Positions 26,947 through 40,085 of a stretch of DNA of 64,000 nt are shown one piece after another. The notes under the pieces were generated by a model. The model was given only the letters and a program-made list of their open reading frames with translations. It was not told the DNA's origin and ran no database searches. Origin of the DNA: Eledone cirrhosa (taxonomy: Eukaryota). The stretch lies in assembly GCA_964016885.1 (NCBI GenBank), contig OZ024745.1, forward strand, positions 102,672,001 through 102,736,000. The letters run 5' to 3'. The number at the start of each line of letters is the position of its first letter. Positions within the stretch are counted from its first letter, which is position 1. The translations under genes were made by a program, and so were the position numbers.

Positions 26947-27084
26947 TATATTTTAATGTCCCAGCTTGATCATCTGATTATGATGCAAGACTAGGTGATT
27001 TCATAGAATAGATTGTAGGGGATAGAACAAAATTAGAAGATTGAAATAGAAAATTTATTTGGGGACAACCTGCTAATTTGGTGT

Positions 27085-27253
27085 CATATCGATAGCACAC
27101 ACACACACACATATACCGATAGCACACACACACACATATATATATACACACACACATACATATATATATATATACACACACACATACATATATATATATA
27201 TACACACACACATACATATATATATATACACACACACATACATATATATATAT

Positions 27254-27289
<36 letters not shown>

Positions 27290-27310
27290 GTGTATGTGTG
27301 TGTGTGTATT
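27085..27310. repeat. compound (TA)n/(CA)n microsatellite
   Basis: Direct reading. Confidence 0.95.
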
Positions 27311-27919
27311 TATGAGCTTTAAAAAATTAACAAAGAAAGGACAAGACAACAAATGGAAACAAAACAAAACAATAACATTTTAATGGGAAACCTTAAAAAA
27401 TTATTTTTTTAAAATAAATATACAAATGAAATGATACAGAACTCTATGCCCATCAGCCGTTGAGATGGATTCGGGCAATTGCGACCCCTACCAACGGTAC
27501 TGCTGCTCCATCCAGGGTCACAGTGTCTGACATAAGCCAAACAATGTCCAAAGGAATAAGAGATGAAAGACAAACATTAATTTATAGCCTTTAAGCTAAA
27601 AAAAAACCATACAATTTTGTGTGACTTTAGGGAAAATGTTTGGTGTCATTTAGAGCATGTGCGAATATAAGCCAAGCCTCTATTTTCCTGTTTTGTGTCC
27701 AAGAAACCCTGTTTTTAAGCTGACACAGGTAATCAAAGCATGTTTAGATGGTTCAGTTTTGAAATTCTCATGAGTGGAGAATATATTTATGAAGTTTTAA
27801 TATTTTGATATTTAAAATATTTTAAGTGTTGTTTAGAGTATAGTTTGAGTTTCACAACTCTGTTATGTAATTATTCTTTATCAATTTCTAACCATTTTGA
27901 AGGTCATATTCATTCAAAA

Positions 27920-28424
27920 CAAGCATGGAAAATGGATGTTAAACGATGATGATATATATATATATAAACCTGGGACGACTTGATAAAATCCGACCTCACA
28001 CACTTACACCTCTCCTAAGACAATGTCACTGGACCAACATCTTTGGCGCTACGTAGTAATACAGAAGACCCGCCTTGCCTAAGTACAAAGTGAAACCTAC
28101 AGTCAGTAGGCACCTCTTAACCAAAATACACCCCCATCCCAACCCTACCCCCAACGCCATCTACACCACCCCTTTCGATGTAAAGCTATGTTGGTACCAC
28201 AACATCCAGTCCTAAATAAATGAGGTCGTGTAGGTAACACGGTAAAAATCTCCCAGTCCACACTGTAAACATGGTTGGTGTTAGGAAGGGCATCCAGCCG
28301 TAGAAAACCCGCCAGACAGTCCTGAGCAAGACAACCAATCTTGCCTCAAGTGGGACAATTCCCGTCCAGACCCATGCTAACGTGGAAAATGGACGTTAAA
28401 CGATGATGATGATGATGATGATGA
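27920..28424 (+). mobile_element. RTE 3' fragment
   Basis: TWDDLIKSDL..DQHLWRYVVIQKTRLA*, 3' UTR and (GAT)n tail, matching 51851-52470. Confidence 0.85.
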
Positions 28425-28665
28425 TATATATATAAGTAAAAGTAGACGTTTAGGCGCCACGGAAAAAAGACACCCAGCACTCACTGTGAATTGTTGTTAG
28501 GAAGGGCATCCAGCTGTAGAAACCAAGTCAGAATCAATTCCCATATGAGCAAGACGAGGTCAGCCAACTGGACACTGCTGACAACAGGACAACCCGTCTA
28601 ACCCATGCTAGCATGGAAGAACGGACGTAAAATGGTGATAATGATGATGATATATATATATATAT

Positions 28666-29035
28666 CTGGCTGATCAGTGGATCTGCTAATATGCAGATCT
28701 GACTGATCAGCCAGCTGCTAATATGCAAATCAGGCCGATCAGTCACTGTATATTTTAGAAAATATCATATATTTTCACTAGCTCTGACAGTTGGCAGGTA
28801 AACAGTGAGTTCACTGTACTGATGAAGGGTAATACCCAGAAACATTAGTGTCTGCAGTTCTGTTTACATGCCAACACAAGAGCAAGAATGAGAGGCTCAT
28901 TCTTCTGACATGGCTTCAAAAATGAGGCTTGTTTGCATAATTGCAAATGAATCGAATATTATTATTAATATTCAAAAAACTCAGATTACATTTATTGTAT
29001 TCAGCCATGTAGAGTGAACAACATTTTTTATTATT
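28666..29035 (+). mobile_element. short non-coding hammerhead element in (TA)n (Penelope/retrozyme-like)
   Basis: 5' hairpin at ~28666-28714, octamer at 28723-28730, hammerhead at 28813-28858, TA tracts on both sides. Confidence 0.7.
28813..28858 (+). ncRNA. type I hammerhead ribozyme
   Basis: actgta CTGATGA a GGGT aat ACCC a GAAAC AT ta GT GTC tgcagt. All three stems pair and the triplet is GUC. Confidence 0.85.
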
Positions 29036-29044
29036 ATATATATA

Positions 29045-29930
29045 TAGGGTGCGGATGATATTTGTTCACAAGATTACTGTCTAGGAAAAGATAACACAGT
29101 AGTTTTATTTTTTAAGATATATTTATCAAACTTGCGTCAGTTTGTCTTCATGACTTGTTCTTTCGATCTCACTCAATAAACTGGCCATTGGCTTTGATGA
29201 TGGCCTCAAGGCAGCCTCGGAACTGACCTTCGTCACTGTCCCCCGACTTAGGCCCCTAAAGGCACTTGTGATCCTGGCCTTTAGATCGTCTTTCATATTG
29301 CAGCTAGATCTGTTAGTGTCTCGTTCCACTGCGCCCCACACAAAGAAGTCGAGGGGGTTGCAGTCAGGCGAGCTGAGAGGCCAGATGTCTGGTGAAGTGT
29401 GGTCGACGAAGTTCTCTGACAGCCAGGCTTGGGTCTTTCAGCTGGTATGGCAGGGTGCTGAGTCTTGCTGCCACATGTACGGCCTATCTGCAGCTACCTG
29501 GTCGATCCAGGGCTTTACTACCTCGCTCAGAACGCGGATGTAGCCATCGGTGTTCAGCTTGAGGCCCTCAGGGAAGAAGTGAGGTGGCATGACGTCACAT
29601 TGACTGCTGACGACACCTAAGACCAATGTTTTCGCTGGAAACTTTGTCTGCATGACTCTGGGCAAGTCTTTGGATGAGACAGCGAGCCACCTGTTGTTCT
29701 GGGAGTTGATCTTCTGGTCCTTATTTGTCCTCCCGGTGCGGATTCCAAGAAGAACTCCGTGTCTCTTCCACAAATTTGGAGGTTCACAATTATTCATAAT
29801 CAATTATTCTGAAAATAAATAATGGAAATATAGTCACTGTTTTTATGAATACAAGAGTGACAACGGAAGTAAAAAAGATTTGCATAAAATTAGCAGTTGA
29901 AAATTGCGATCAAATATCGTCCACACCCTG
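29045..29930 (-). mobile_element. maT/DD37D Tc1-mariner element, internally deleted
   Basis: TIRs (c/t)agggtg.ggaygatatttg with TA flanks. QQDSAPCH...SSPDCNPLD has 37 residues between the aspartates. Confidence 0.85.
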
Positions 29931-30338
29931 TATATATATATATATGAATGGGTTGTCCACATCTTGAGACAAGTCTGGCCAGATTGGCCGCGCCATACCT
30001 TGCTCTGATGGAAATGGAAATGGAAATTTGGCTGGGATTTTTACAGCTGGATGCCCTTCCTAACACCAACCACATTTACAGTGGGGCCATTATGAGGTAT
30101 CATTAATGAGGAGGGTCAGGCCATTTGGTCTTGCTGAACCCTTGTCACAGCTGAACCATAGTGTCTCTGATTAAGTACTGGCTTTTCCTGTGACAACTTG
30201 TCCAACTCTTGCTCGCAGAGAGAACCTGTATATGGTTACTAAAACTGTTAGAAATTGTTACATCCTATTGTCTTGAATAAATAATGATATGGTAGATCAT
30301 ATAATCCTGGATATGTTATTTTTGAAAAGAAATATGGT

Positions 30339-30470
30339 CTATAGGATTACTTAATCAGCACAGACTTGGGGCAAAACATTGCACTATAGGGTTACTTAAT
30401 CAGCACTGAGTTAGGGCAACACTTTGAACTATAGGGTTACCTAATCAACACAGACATGGGGCAAAACAAC
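30339..30470. repeat. ~45-bp tandem triplication
   Basis: ctatagg.ttac.taatca.cac.ga..t.gggcaa.ac repeated three times; related to the repeat at 165-345. Confidence 0.75.
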
Positions 30471-30954
30471 CACAAATAACAACATAAAAACATATATCAC
30501 CAGTCATTGTGTTCATCCTTTCACATTGTCTTGTTTATTTATGTCTATATTTACATCATAAACACTAAATTAAACATCTCATAACATCAATAAATTAGTT
30601 CTTTTATGAAAATATAATTTTCTATACATAATTTTGTATATGCAAAATGAAATTATCTATATATACACTTATCTGAGACACTTGGTAAGGTTAGCTAATA
30701 ACAAAATCTTGAAATACCCAGAAGCGATTTTAAAAATAGATGCAATTCATAAATATCTGAAATTATAGCCTGATATATAGTTGCAAGTAACTACAAATAT
30801 AGCACCATGACACAAACAAAAAATATCAGTTATTCCTGTATATAGAAGAATCAAGCATAGCTTAAGTTAAGATTACCAGAAGCAAATACTGCAAAAGCTA
30901 TTAGATACATTGTTGCCATTGCAGGATATATAATTATTATATTACACTTTCCAG

Positions 30955-31167
30955 GGTGGTGGATTGGCAGAAGCGGTAGAGCATTGGACAACATGCTTAG
31001 TGGCATGAGTTACGGCCCTTTGCATTCTGAGTTCAAATCCTGCTGAGGTTAGCTTTGCCTTTCATCCTTACGGGGCTGATAAAATGCAGTAATGCACTGG
31101 AGTTGATTTATTTGACTTTCCCTTCCCTCATAATTGTTGCCCTTGTGTCTAAAGCAGAAACCATTAT
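30955..31167 (+). mobile_element. Meta-domain-like SINE
   Basis: Family consensus, longer variant. Further copies at about 12550-12762, 13248-13420, 38125-38335, 38346-38463, 41072-41222, 42615-42750, 44325-44386, 59770-59850 and 60732-60848. Confidence 0.8.
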
Positions 31168-31459
31168 ATTACATCTAACTAAAACAGTGCAATCAGCACC
31201 TGACAAAGGACTTGGGCTGAAATAATCAACTAAAAACATTTATGGTGATAAACCAGCTTAACCAGAATCCAATGATTGAAACTAATAAAGGAAAAAAAAG
31301 AGCTACCTCTTAACTAAGGGGAAATCAGAAATCCAACTTGTGCAAGCTATTTCCACTGTTCTACCAAGTAGTTATATTTTTTACGTAAAGGCAATTCTAA
31401 TGTTTGAAGTAGTAATTTCATTGCTACACAGATAACAAAAGCATTAGATAATATAAACC

Positions 31460-31497
<38 letters not shown>

Positions 31498-31645
31498 ATA
31501 TGTGTGTGTATGTGTGTGTATATATATGTGTATGTGTGTGTGTGTGTGTGTGTGTAGCATATTCCGGGTTGCCCTTTATCAGAAATAGAATGCAAACATC
31601 AAAGCTTTAAAAGAATTACTTGTAATTTACTTATAAAACTGTTCG

Positions 31646-31696
<51 letters not shown>

Positions 31697-31758
31697 CTGC
31701 ATTTTTGTATTTCTTTTGCAAGATTTCTTATCTGAAAATGTGTTGAAACAGTTATTGT

Positions 31759-32078
31759 TATACTTTGGGAGGGTCATGTTGCCAATAAAAACACATGCAC
31801 TTGTTTATTTTCACTTTAATTTATTACAAATTTCCAGTTGGTTGGTTTAATAACCAGATGCTTGTGACCTTCTCAGTGACTGATTTGTTATTTTGTGTCC
31901 CCTTGTTGTCTCTCCTTTGCCCTACACAAAAACAAGATGGCAGAACAAAGGAGTGACAAAAAATAACAAATTAGTCACTGAGGAGGACACAGAATGTGAC
32001 AAAACCGGAAATTTGTAATAAATTGAAGAGAAAACCAGCAGGTGCATGTATTTTTATTGGCAACATCCCAAAGTATAT
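31759..32078. mobile_element. diverged foldback element with hammerhead-like core
   Basis: 31759-31910 is an imperfect reverse complement of 31945-32078, with CTGAGGA..GAAATTTGTA in the right arm. Confidence 0.6.
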
Positions 32079-33573
32079 CATATGAAAATTTCAAACGTTT
32101 GAAATGCAGAGGGATTACGAGGTTCAAATAAAATATAAGAAAACTCAGACAGAGAAAATAATTGTAAATACAGATGGATGCTATAAATAGCTTTAAAAAT
32201 CAGGTAAAGCCCTGTGTAGATGGGCAAAAAAATGACCAGGGTGACTACACACACACGTATATTTTTGCATAACAATAGAAAAATAAGCAACACTTCAGAA
32301 GAAAAAAATAATCTTAATCTCTATGAATTTTACAAAGAATATTTATATTTTTCATGGAATTATTAGAAAAAATAAGTTTTTCTAAAATTATGTAAAACTT
32401 TATACTACTTATTAATCATATTTTCTATAAAAAAATTATATTCTATATATTAATGCTCTCAATTATGAATTTGAGTGGGAAAACTAACAAAAGTATTCCA
32501 CTACAGTTCTGGATATCTGATCTGAAATGGATATATATATAGAAATAACTTTACAAAAAGATATCATTTATTAAATAATTTAGCATTGAAATTATATATC
32601 TTGCTGAAGTTTTCCTTGGTTATAAATATTAATTATTTTGTGTTCAATACTTTTTTGTATTGAGCTATGAGTTCTATGATAAACCAGACATGTAATAATT
32701 TATATAAAAGACAGAATCACATTCTCATTTTTGATGAGATCTCTCTCAATTTATTGGAAAATTTCAAATTTGTTTCTACTAACACCACAACTACATAACA
32801 CCACCATCACCATGACTGCAGCTGCTACCTTCTCTAACATCACAAATCGCTCAATAAATACACTCATCAATCAATATTTATTCTCCACTATCACATTTTC
32901 TTCAATAATGATTTGATGTTATTTGCTGAATATCTATAAAAATAAATCTATCTACAAAATCTAATGTAAATTTCAGAGTTTTCATCATTCCCCTTTTCCA
33001 GTCTACAGTGGGCTATATGGTGGTGGAAATTCAAACATTTGCATGAATTATTGGAACAAGTTAAACAACTGTTTGTTATTTTTCAATTTCAACCACAATT
33101 GTGAAGCAGTTTTAGCATCTATTCCCAGACACAAATGGCCCATTATATTCTAATTTCACATAACTTTAGTTTGATAAGTACATAAAATAAGTCTATGTAT
33201 ATAACTGTGCATATATTACGTAAATAAGATAGTTGGCAACACCTAAGCAATTTGATTGTTAAACAAATAGATAAATAGAGTGGTACTTGTCAAGGAAGTA
33301 ATGTGATCTGAAACTAAAGCAGTTACATCATAGGGCAGTAATTTTAACCATCAGATAAAAAAAAGTTAACTTCAATTTTACTTTATTTCATAAAGTGTCA
33401 ACATTTTTATTATACTTCAACAAATTGCAGTGGAATTGTGTCAATGACAAAACCAGAGTAGTGCAACGAAAAATGTTGGCACCTCATGAAATAAATGAAA
33501 AGTTATTATAAGAGTTTCTGTGCAAATTGTTAAAGTTCTTGCCTCATTACCTGTAATATATTATGCATTTTAT

Positions 33574-33704
33574 CAAGACAGTTTAATCCTTGCTGGTTAA
33601 ATTAAAGTCAAACTGTTGAAGGTAATGTGACTTTGTTACCAAGACAGTTTAATCCTTGCTGGTTCTATTAAAGTCACTGTTGAAGGTAATGTGACTTTGT
33701 TACC
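33574..33704. repeat. ~66-bp tandem duplication
   Basis: caagacagtttaatccttgctggtt...gtgactttgttac occurs twice. Confidence 0.85.
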
Positions 33705-36329
33705 AAATGTTTTCTCATCAGTTTATGTAAATCACATCTAGTTAAATTATTACTTTAACTATATACTCTTTTCAATAGTCATAAATACTGGATCTTTTAT
33801 GGTTTTATGATCTTGTTTTGATATTTAAATTTTAATTGAAATATGAAGAGTTTTTGTGAGTTTTTGGGAGATTCAGAGGCAGTTTCTATATTTTTTCTTG
33901 GACTCCGTGCCAATATTTTGCAATAAAATTATTGATGAGTTGACACTCATAGTGATGATGGTATTGCTTTTACTGCTGGTGGAGAATACAGCTATGATAG
34001 TTGTGATATTGATGATGATGATAATGAAGAAGTTGAACTCAGAATACAAAGATCTGAAACATGTACTGTCAAGCATTTCATCTGTGGTTAAAAATTCCAC
34101 AAGTCCATTACATTGGATCTGTATGTTATTATGATGAAAAGTAAAGTTAATCTCAGTGAGATTTGAAATCAGAACACAGAGAAATTTAACAAATACTACA
34201 AGGTATTCTTCCATCTGATGCTCCAATAATTCTGAAAATTCACTGCTAAAAACAAATATTTTTATGAAACTAAATATATATTCACCTCCAAGAAAATATA
34301 AACGAATTATTATAAACTTTGACAATTTTCAGTAGTTATTCTATAGAATTATGTAAATTGCTGCAATGGATTTTACTTCATATAAATTTTCCAGATATTA
34401 GAAGAAATAAACAAAAAAAAATGAAGCAAAACAAAAAGCAAACCAAATAAAAAGAGACTGGGAAAATCTGTAAAATGTCAAACTATTTTATCAAATTTAT
34501 AATCTTTCATTCCGATATGGCCAACACAGACAGCTTGTGTATAATACAATATCTAATTTTTTTTTATTTTAATTTACTCAACCTTTGTCTTTCTGTTTGA
34601 CAGCAAACATAATATTGATAATAGTGTAGCATAGAATTATATACACACACACATATATATATATATGACAATTATCCTATATAATCTTAACACATAAAAC
34701 AGAGAAAAAATATAAAAACAAAAATTATACATCTTGACACAATGAGATATTTGGTGAAAATAACTGGCATTTGGGATAAACTGCTTTTCATAGTATCATT
34801 CATGACTTGAGGTAATTCATTTGCTTCTCTGCCTAGGCAACCTATTATCAAATATATGTTGCTATAAACATTAATTTTGCTAAAGAAAAATGATCCTAAA
34901 TAACAAGTGATAATGAATATTCCAAATGTGGTATTATAAAAGAAATTAAAATTTGTATGCAATATAAAAGTAGATACAAAAAATAATAGAATGAGAAAAA
35001 TAAAAGAGAAATCTATTCAGTCGAGTCTAGCTTAACATATAATCATATTCTTCAGCATATTTTCCTTGGAAGATGTGCATATGCATGTGTAAGTGTGTGC
35101 ATAGGTGACCATATCATTTTTACATCCACCTTTCCATGCTGACATACATATATACATAACTTGCTACCAGAGAAAACAGGCATTAGATGCTGATGATTAT
35201 ATATACGTATGTGTGTGTGTTTGTGAAAAATGGCTATGTTTAGGAAGCTATACAGGGTTAGAATTACCAAGGCAACAACAAGCTGTAAAGGAATTGAGAG
35301 AGGTGATGTAGAAGGCAAAAAGTGGGAGGGAGAAAATAAAAGGATAAGAATGACTTAATGTTACCTTAGTAATTTATTAGTCCCCCAATTTTTCAGAATT
35401 ATCATCCATTATCAAGGATGGTCCAAAAAACATTTTTTGGTATCTTGTTTTTTTACCATTGTTTCTACCAAATTTGATGGTGCTTAGTTAAGAAATACAC
35501 TGAGACATTTCTTATCAATTCAAGTTTTTTGTTAACCACAAATTCATTTTTTACCATAAAATGTCAATTTTGCCATTAAATACAATACTGAAACATGAAA
35601 CTAACACAAATCAAATGGTATATTTTATTGTGTAAAAAATATATTTCATAAAATGTTTTATTACACATCTTAGTATAGATATTTCTGTCAAACTGGAGTT
35701 TCAGCAACTCAAGGAGTGAACTTTCTCTTTGCTGCTTTGCATGAATAACTTGTATTGTGACTGTTTTTTTGCAGACACCAGCAGTTGTCAGCCATCGTGT
35801 TTGGCTTTCACATGGCTTGGTACCTAGGCTCCATACTCTTGATGTCTTGGAGGAATTTTTCTACTTGCTTATCTCTCATTACACCAAGATTTCCAGGAAA
35901 GTACTACAGGTGACAGTTCAGGAAATGTACTTTTACACCCATGTTGCAGCCCAAAACATATACAAGCCAGTTGTCACCTGGGAAAAGAATTGTCAACAAC
36001 TATAAAGTTAAGACATTTAGGTTTGTAATGGCATGGTTTCATAAAGAGCATACATACCATGAAGTTCTTTCTGCAATTTTTTTACCATCATTGAAAAACA
36101 GTGATTTTGACCCATGTGAGCTCACAATTACAACATTAAGAGTGAATTCAAAATACCAACTTTTATAAGAAATAATTAAAGGTTCAACAAAACATGTTTC
36201 ACCTGGTTGCAGTAATGGTCACTTTAATTCAAACAAAGCATGGGTATATCTGCAAACAAATACAGTAAATTCCGCAAATATGAGACATGTATGATGTCAA
36301 GGACAACAAAAATGTGTTGTTTATTAACA

Positions 36330-36785
36330 TCTATATAACTAAAACAGAGAATCTCTGTCTGTCTGTCTCCCTAAAACTCGAGAACCACCAAACTGAGTTT
36401 TTTCAAACTTTACACATGTAATACTTATGGTCCTGTGAGTGCTTTGAGCAAAAGATATTTCAAATTTTCAATGCCCTAGGGACCGCATTAGGTTTTTTAG
36501 CGATCTCTCTCTATAATTCTTAGTCTTTCTTTTTAGATAGATACATAGATATAACATTGCACCCTTATAATACCTGTCTGTATGTCTGGCTGTGTGCATT
36601 ACAACATTATGACCTCGCTATCTGTGTGTGTTTGTATATATGTATATATAGTGTGTGTATATATATATATATATTGTGCAACATTTTTCGAAATATTTAC
36701 TTCTGTGTTCACAGATTGATTTTTTTAGTTTCAGAAGATCCCGTTGAGGGTGAAAGCAGCGATTCTTTGCTTGAACTTTAATCTG

Positions 36786-36826
<41 letters not shown>

Positions 36827-37309
36827 TATATTCGTGTACAAATATTTTTGCATACACAATAACAAAATATATTTATTTCGCAATAAAGTATTGATTTTCT
36901 TCGTACGGAAAAAACCCTGGTAATCTACGACGAATTTTTTTATAATCAAAAAATGTAGACACCATCCCGAAGCCGAGGTATATAAAACACTCACAGGACC
37001 ATAGGTATTACATGTGTAAAGTTTGGAAAAACTCGGTTGGGTGGTTCTCGAGTTTTAGGGAGACAGACAGACAGACATTCTCTGTTTTAGATATATAGAC
37101 TAGCAGAATGGCCTGGCGTTGCTCGGGATTTGCTCTAGGGTTTTTATATATTTGATATATATTTATCCCTATCGAGCCTCGTGAAATAAATACGTTTGTT
37201 TATATTTTGTTATTGTGTATGCAAAAATATCTGTACACGAATATATATATATATATATATATCAAAATAACAGATTAAAGTTTAAGCAAAGAATCGCTGC
37301 TTTCACCCC
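36330..37309. mobile_element. rearranged non-autonomous Helitron copies
   Basis: A|TCTATATA 5' end at 36330 (+) and a TCTATATA 5' end at 37099 (-). Minus-strand 3' end cccgagcaacgccagg..CTAG at 37127-37100. Inverted duplications 36330-36444/36984-37099 and 36748-36880/37180-37309. Confidence 0.75.
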
Positions 37310-38898
37310 GCACTGGGGTCAATTTAATCCTCCCCCAAAATTTCACTTCCTCCAAAAATTTCACCTCCCCCAAAATTGCTGGCCTCGTGCCTATAGTAGA
37401 AATCATTATTTAACAAAATGGCTGAATGAACAAACATGCTTTTTCTCAAAATATTTTTTCTTCTATTTCTTTCTCTTCTCAATCTCTATCTTTGTATTTA
37501 TTATTTTATTTCTCTTTCTATCTTCCTACTATATCAAGCATTAAACTAATATATATCGTCATTTTACTGTTTTATTTGCTTTGTTGTTTCTGTTTACATT
37601 TTGTATACATGTTATTTAACATATTTTCTTTTATACCATATCCTGCTTTTCTATCATGCAATTACTTGCAGAGTATCTACCTTTTGCACCTGTTCAAATT
37701 TTTTCTTACAAATATAGAAATATATAAAAATCGATTTTAAAAATACTATTTTACATTTCCAAATAAATGTTATACATACCTTCCCAGTATGATGGCAATA
37801 ATATATATGGTTGTGGGCATTTGTTTTGTAGCTTCTGAATACAAGATACACACATACACAGAGACAACTCACATTCATATTTATAGATATAATTGTTTTT
37901 AATCAATTAGTTAATATCACATGAATGTGTTTTGCTTTTTGCCACCTTAAATTTTTTATCATCTGCTTTATTGTGCAAACTGGCACCTCGAATAAAAACA
38001 TTAAAAAAAAATGAAAATATTCAAATCTCGATTATATGCTAAGTTAATTATAGTTTTTATAATTTAATTGAAGTTTATTATCTAAATTGTAAAACTATTT
38101 ACTATTTAGCTTTCTTCACATAATACCAGTATTCAACCGAAGTGTCGGACACCATGCTTTGTAGCTTAGAGTTATATCTATTTACATTCTGAATTCAAAT
38201 CGTGCCGAAGTTAGCTTTGCCTTTCATCTCTAAAGGGTCGATAAAATATAGCACCAGTAATACACTGGGGTCAATTTAATTGACTACCCCCTCTCCCAAA
38301 GTTGTTGGCCTTCTGCCAAAATTAGAAACCATTATTTTAATGAGATGAGTTCAAATCCGACCGAGGTTGACTTTGCCTTTCATCCTTACGGGGTCGATAA
38401 AATAAAGTACCAGTAATACACTGGGTAATTGCTGGCCTTGTGCCTAAAGTAGAAACAATTATTTTAACTGATTCAATCAGACTGCAGCCATGTTAAGGCT
38501 CCAGTTTAAAGTGATTTAATCAACAATATAAGCCCCAGTAATTATTTTCTTCACTCTGGGTCTTATTTTATAAAACTCATTTTGTAAAATTTCTAAGTTA
38601 TGATTCATAAACAAATAGTACACATACGCATATGCACACACACAAACAGACACACACACACACAGATATTTATATATATGTGTGTGTGTGTGTGCGTGTG
38701 TACATATATAAGTATATGTACAATGGCTTTCAACAGTTTTCATCTTCCAAATACCACTCACAAGATATTGTCTCACACTCTAGGTTTTAGTAGAAGACAC
38801 TTGCTAAAGTGCCGCACAATGGAACTAAACCCAAAATATGGCTGTGCAACAAACTCCATGCCTGTGTCTATATATATATATATAAATATATATATATA

Positions 38899-38977
38899 TT
38901 AGGTCGTCAACTATGAAATTTGTAGTGAGGCATATGGTCAACTGTTTTTTCTACAAATTTCATACTTGACGACCCAA
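38899..38977. mobile_element. tiny mariner-like MITE
   Basis: Inverted ends ggtcgtcaa.tatgaaatttgtag, TA flanks. Confidence 0.65.
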
Positions 38978-39608
38978 TATATTGTCTAATAACAATCCAC
39001 ATTGTATTTTGTGTCTATGGAAAACACATCATACTAAATCTCCCTAGCACTAACTTCAAAATCAGATGTATATCTCATTATATTGCTGTAGCAGATATTA
39101 ATAAATTATGTCAAATCATAAAACACACTTTTCAGAATTACAAGTCAAAAGACGAATACATATTCAGAAATATGTTAATGAGGAAATAACGACATATGTA
39201 TACAGGAAAAACAAAACCATGTAGAAAATTGCCCTGAGGAAAAAAATGTTACTATTGAATATTTTTAAGCTGAAAGAGCATTTGGTTTCAGAATATATGG
39301 TGTGACTCTAGGAAATTTAAATATATATTGAAATAGCTCTTGTGAAACTATAAATATATACATATTTGACAATAGTTTCCTTTTAAAATTAAGGGAAATT
39401 AAAATGTTACCTTTCATTCTATATTTCAGTGTTTTCAAGTGTATCCTTTATATATTAACGAATATTAAAACTGAGCAAAAAAATAATATCATCATATTGC
39501 TATGATTAATATACATCTTATTATTTCAGCTCTTTAATGTAATTTATCATTTTTGAAATATGAATTCAAACATATTTTGTCTTTTAATCCTTTTTTTTCT
39601 CTTTACAC

Positions 39609-39609
<1 letters not shown>

Positions 39610-39640
<31 letters not shown>

Positions 39641-39965
39641 GTGTGTGTGTATGTGTGTGTGTACGTATGTGTGTGTGTATATGAATATATATATATGTAT
39701 GTATGAATATATATATACGTATGTATGTATATATATATATATATGGATATGTGTATATATATATATGGATATATGTGTATATATATGGATATATGTGTCT
39801 ATATATGTATATATATATATATATATATGTACATATATGCATATATATATATATATATATGGATATATGTGTGTATATATATATATATGTATATATATAT
39901 GTACATATATGCATATATATATATGTATATCTATATCTATATATATATATATATATATATGTATA

Positions 39966-40037
<72 letters not shown>

Positions 40038-40085
40038 CATATATATATGTGTGTGTGTGTATATATATATACACACACACACATA
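39610..40085. repeat. large (TA)n/(TG)n microsatellite
   Basis: Direct reading; it produces spurious Y/I ORFs. Confidence 0.95.

Noticed and set aside
30339-30470. CRISPR-like appearance of 45-bp repeats
   Set aside because: Head-to-tail tandem units with no unique spacers, in a eukaryotic context.
33856-34325. ORFs on both strands with an acidic stretch
   Set aside because: No recognisable motif or convincing splice sites; overlaps a SINE relic at ~34125-34240.
35400-36300. Possible DNA transposon relic
   Set aside because: No TIR pair or transposase motif could be established.
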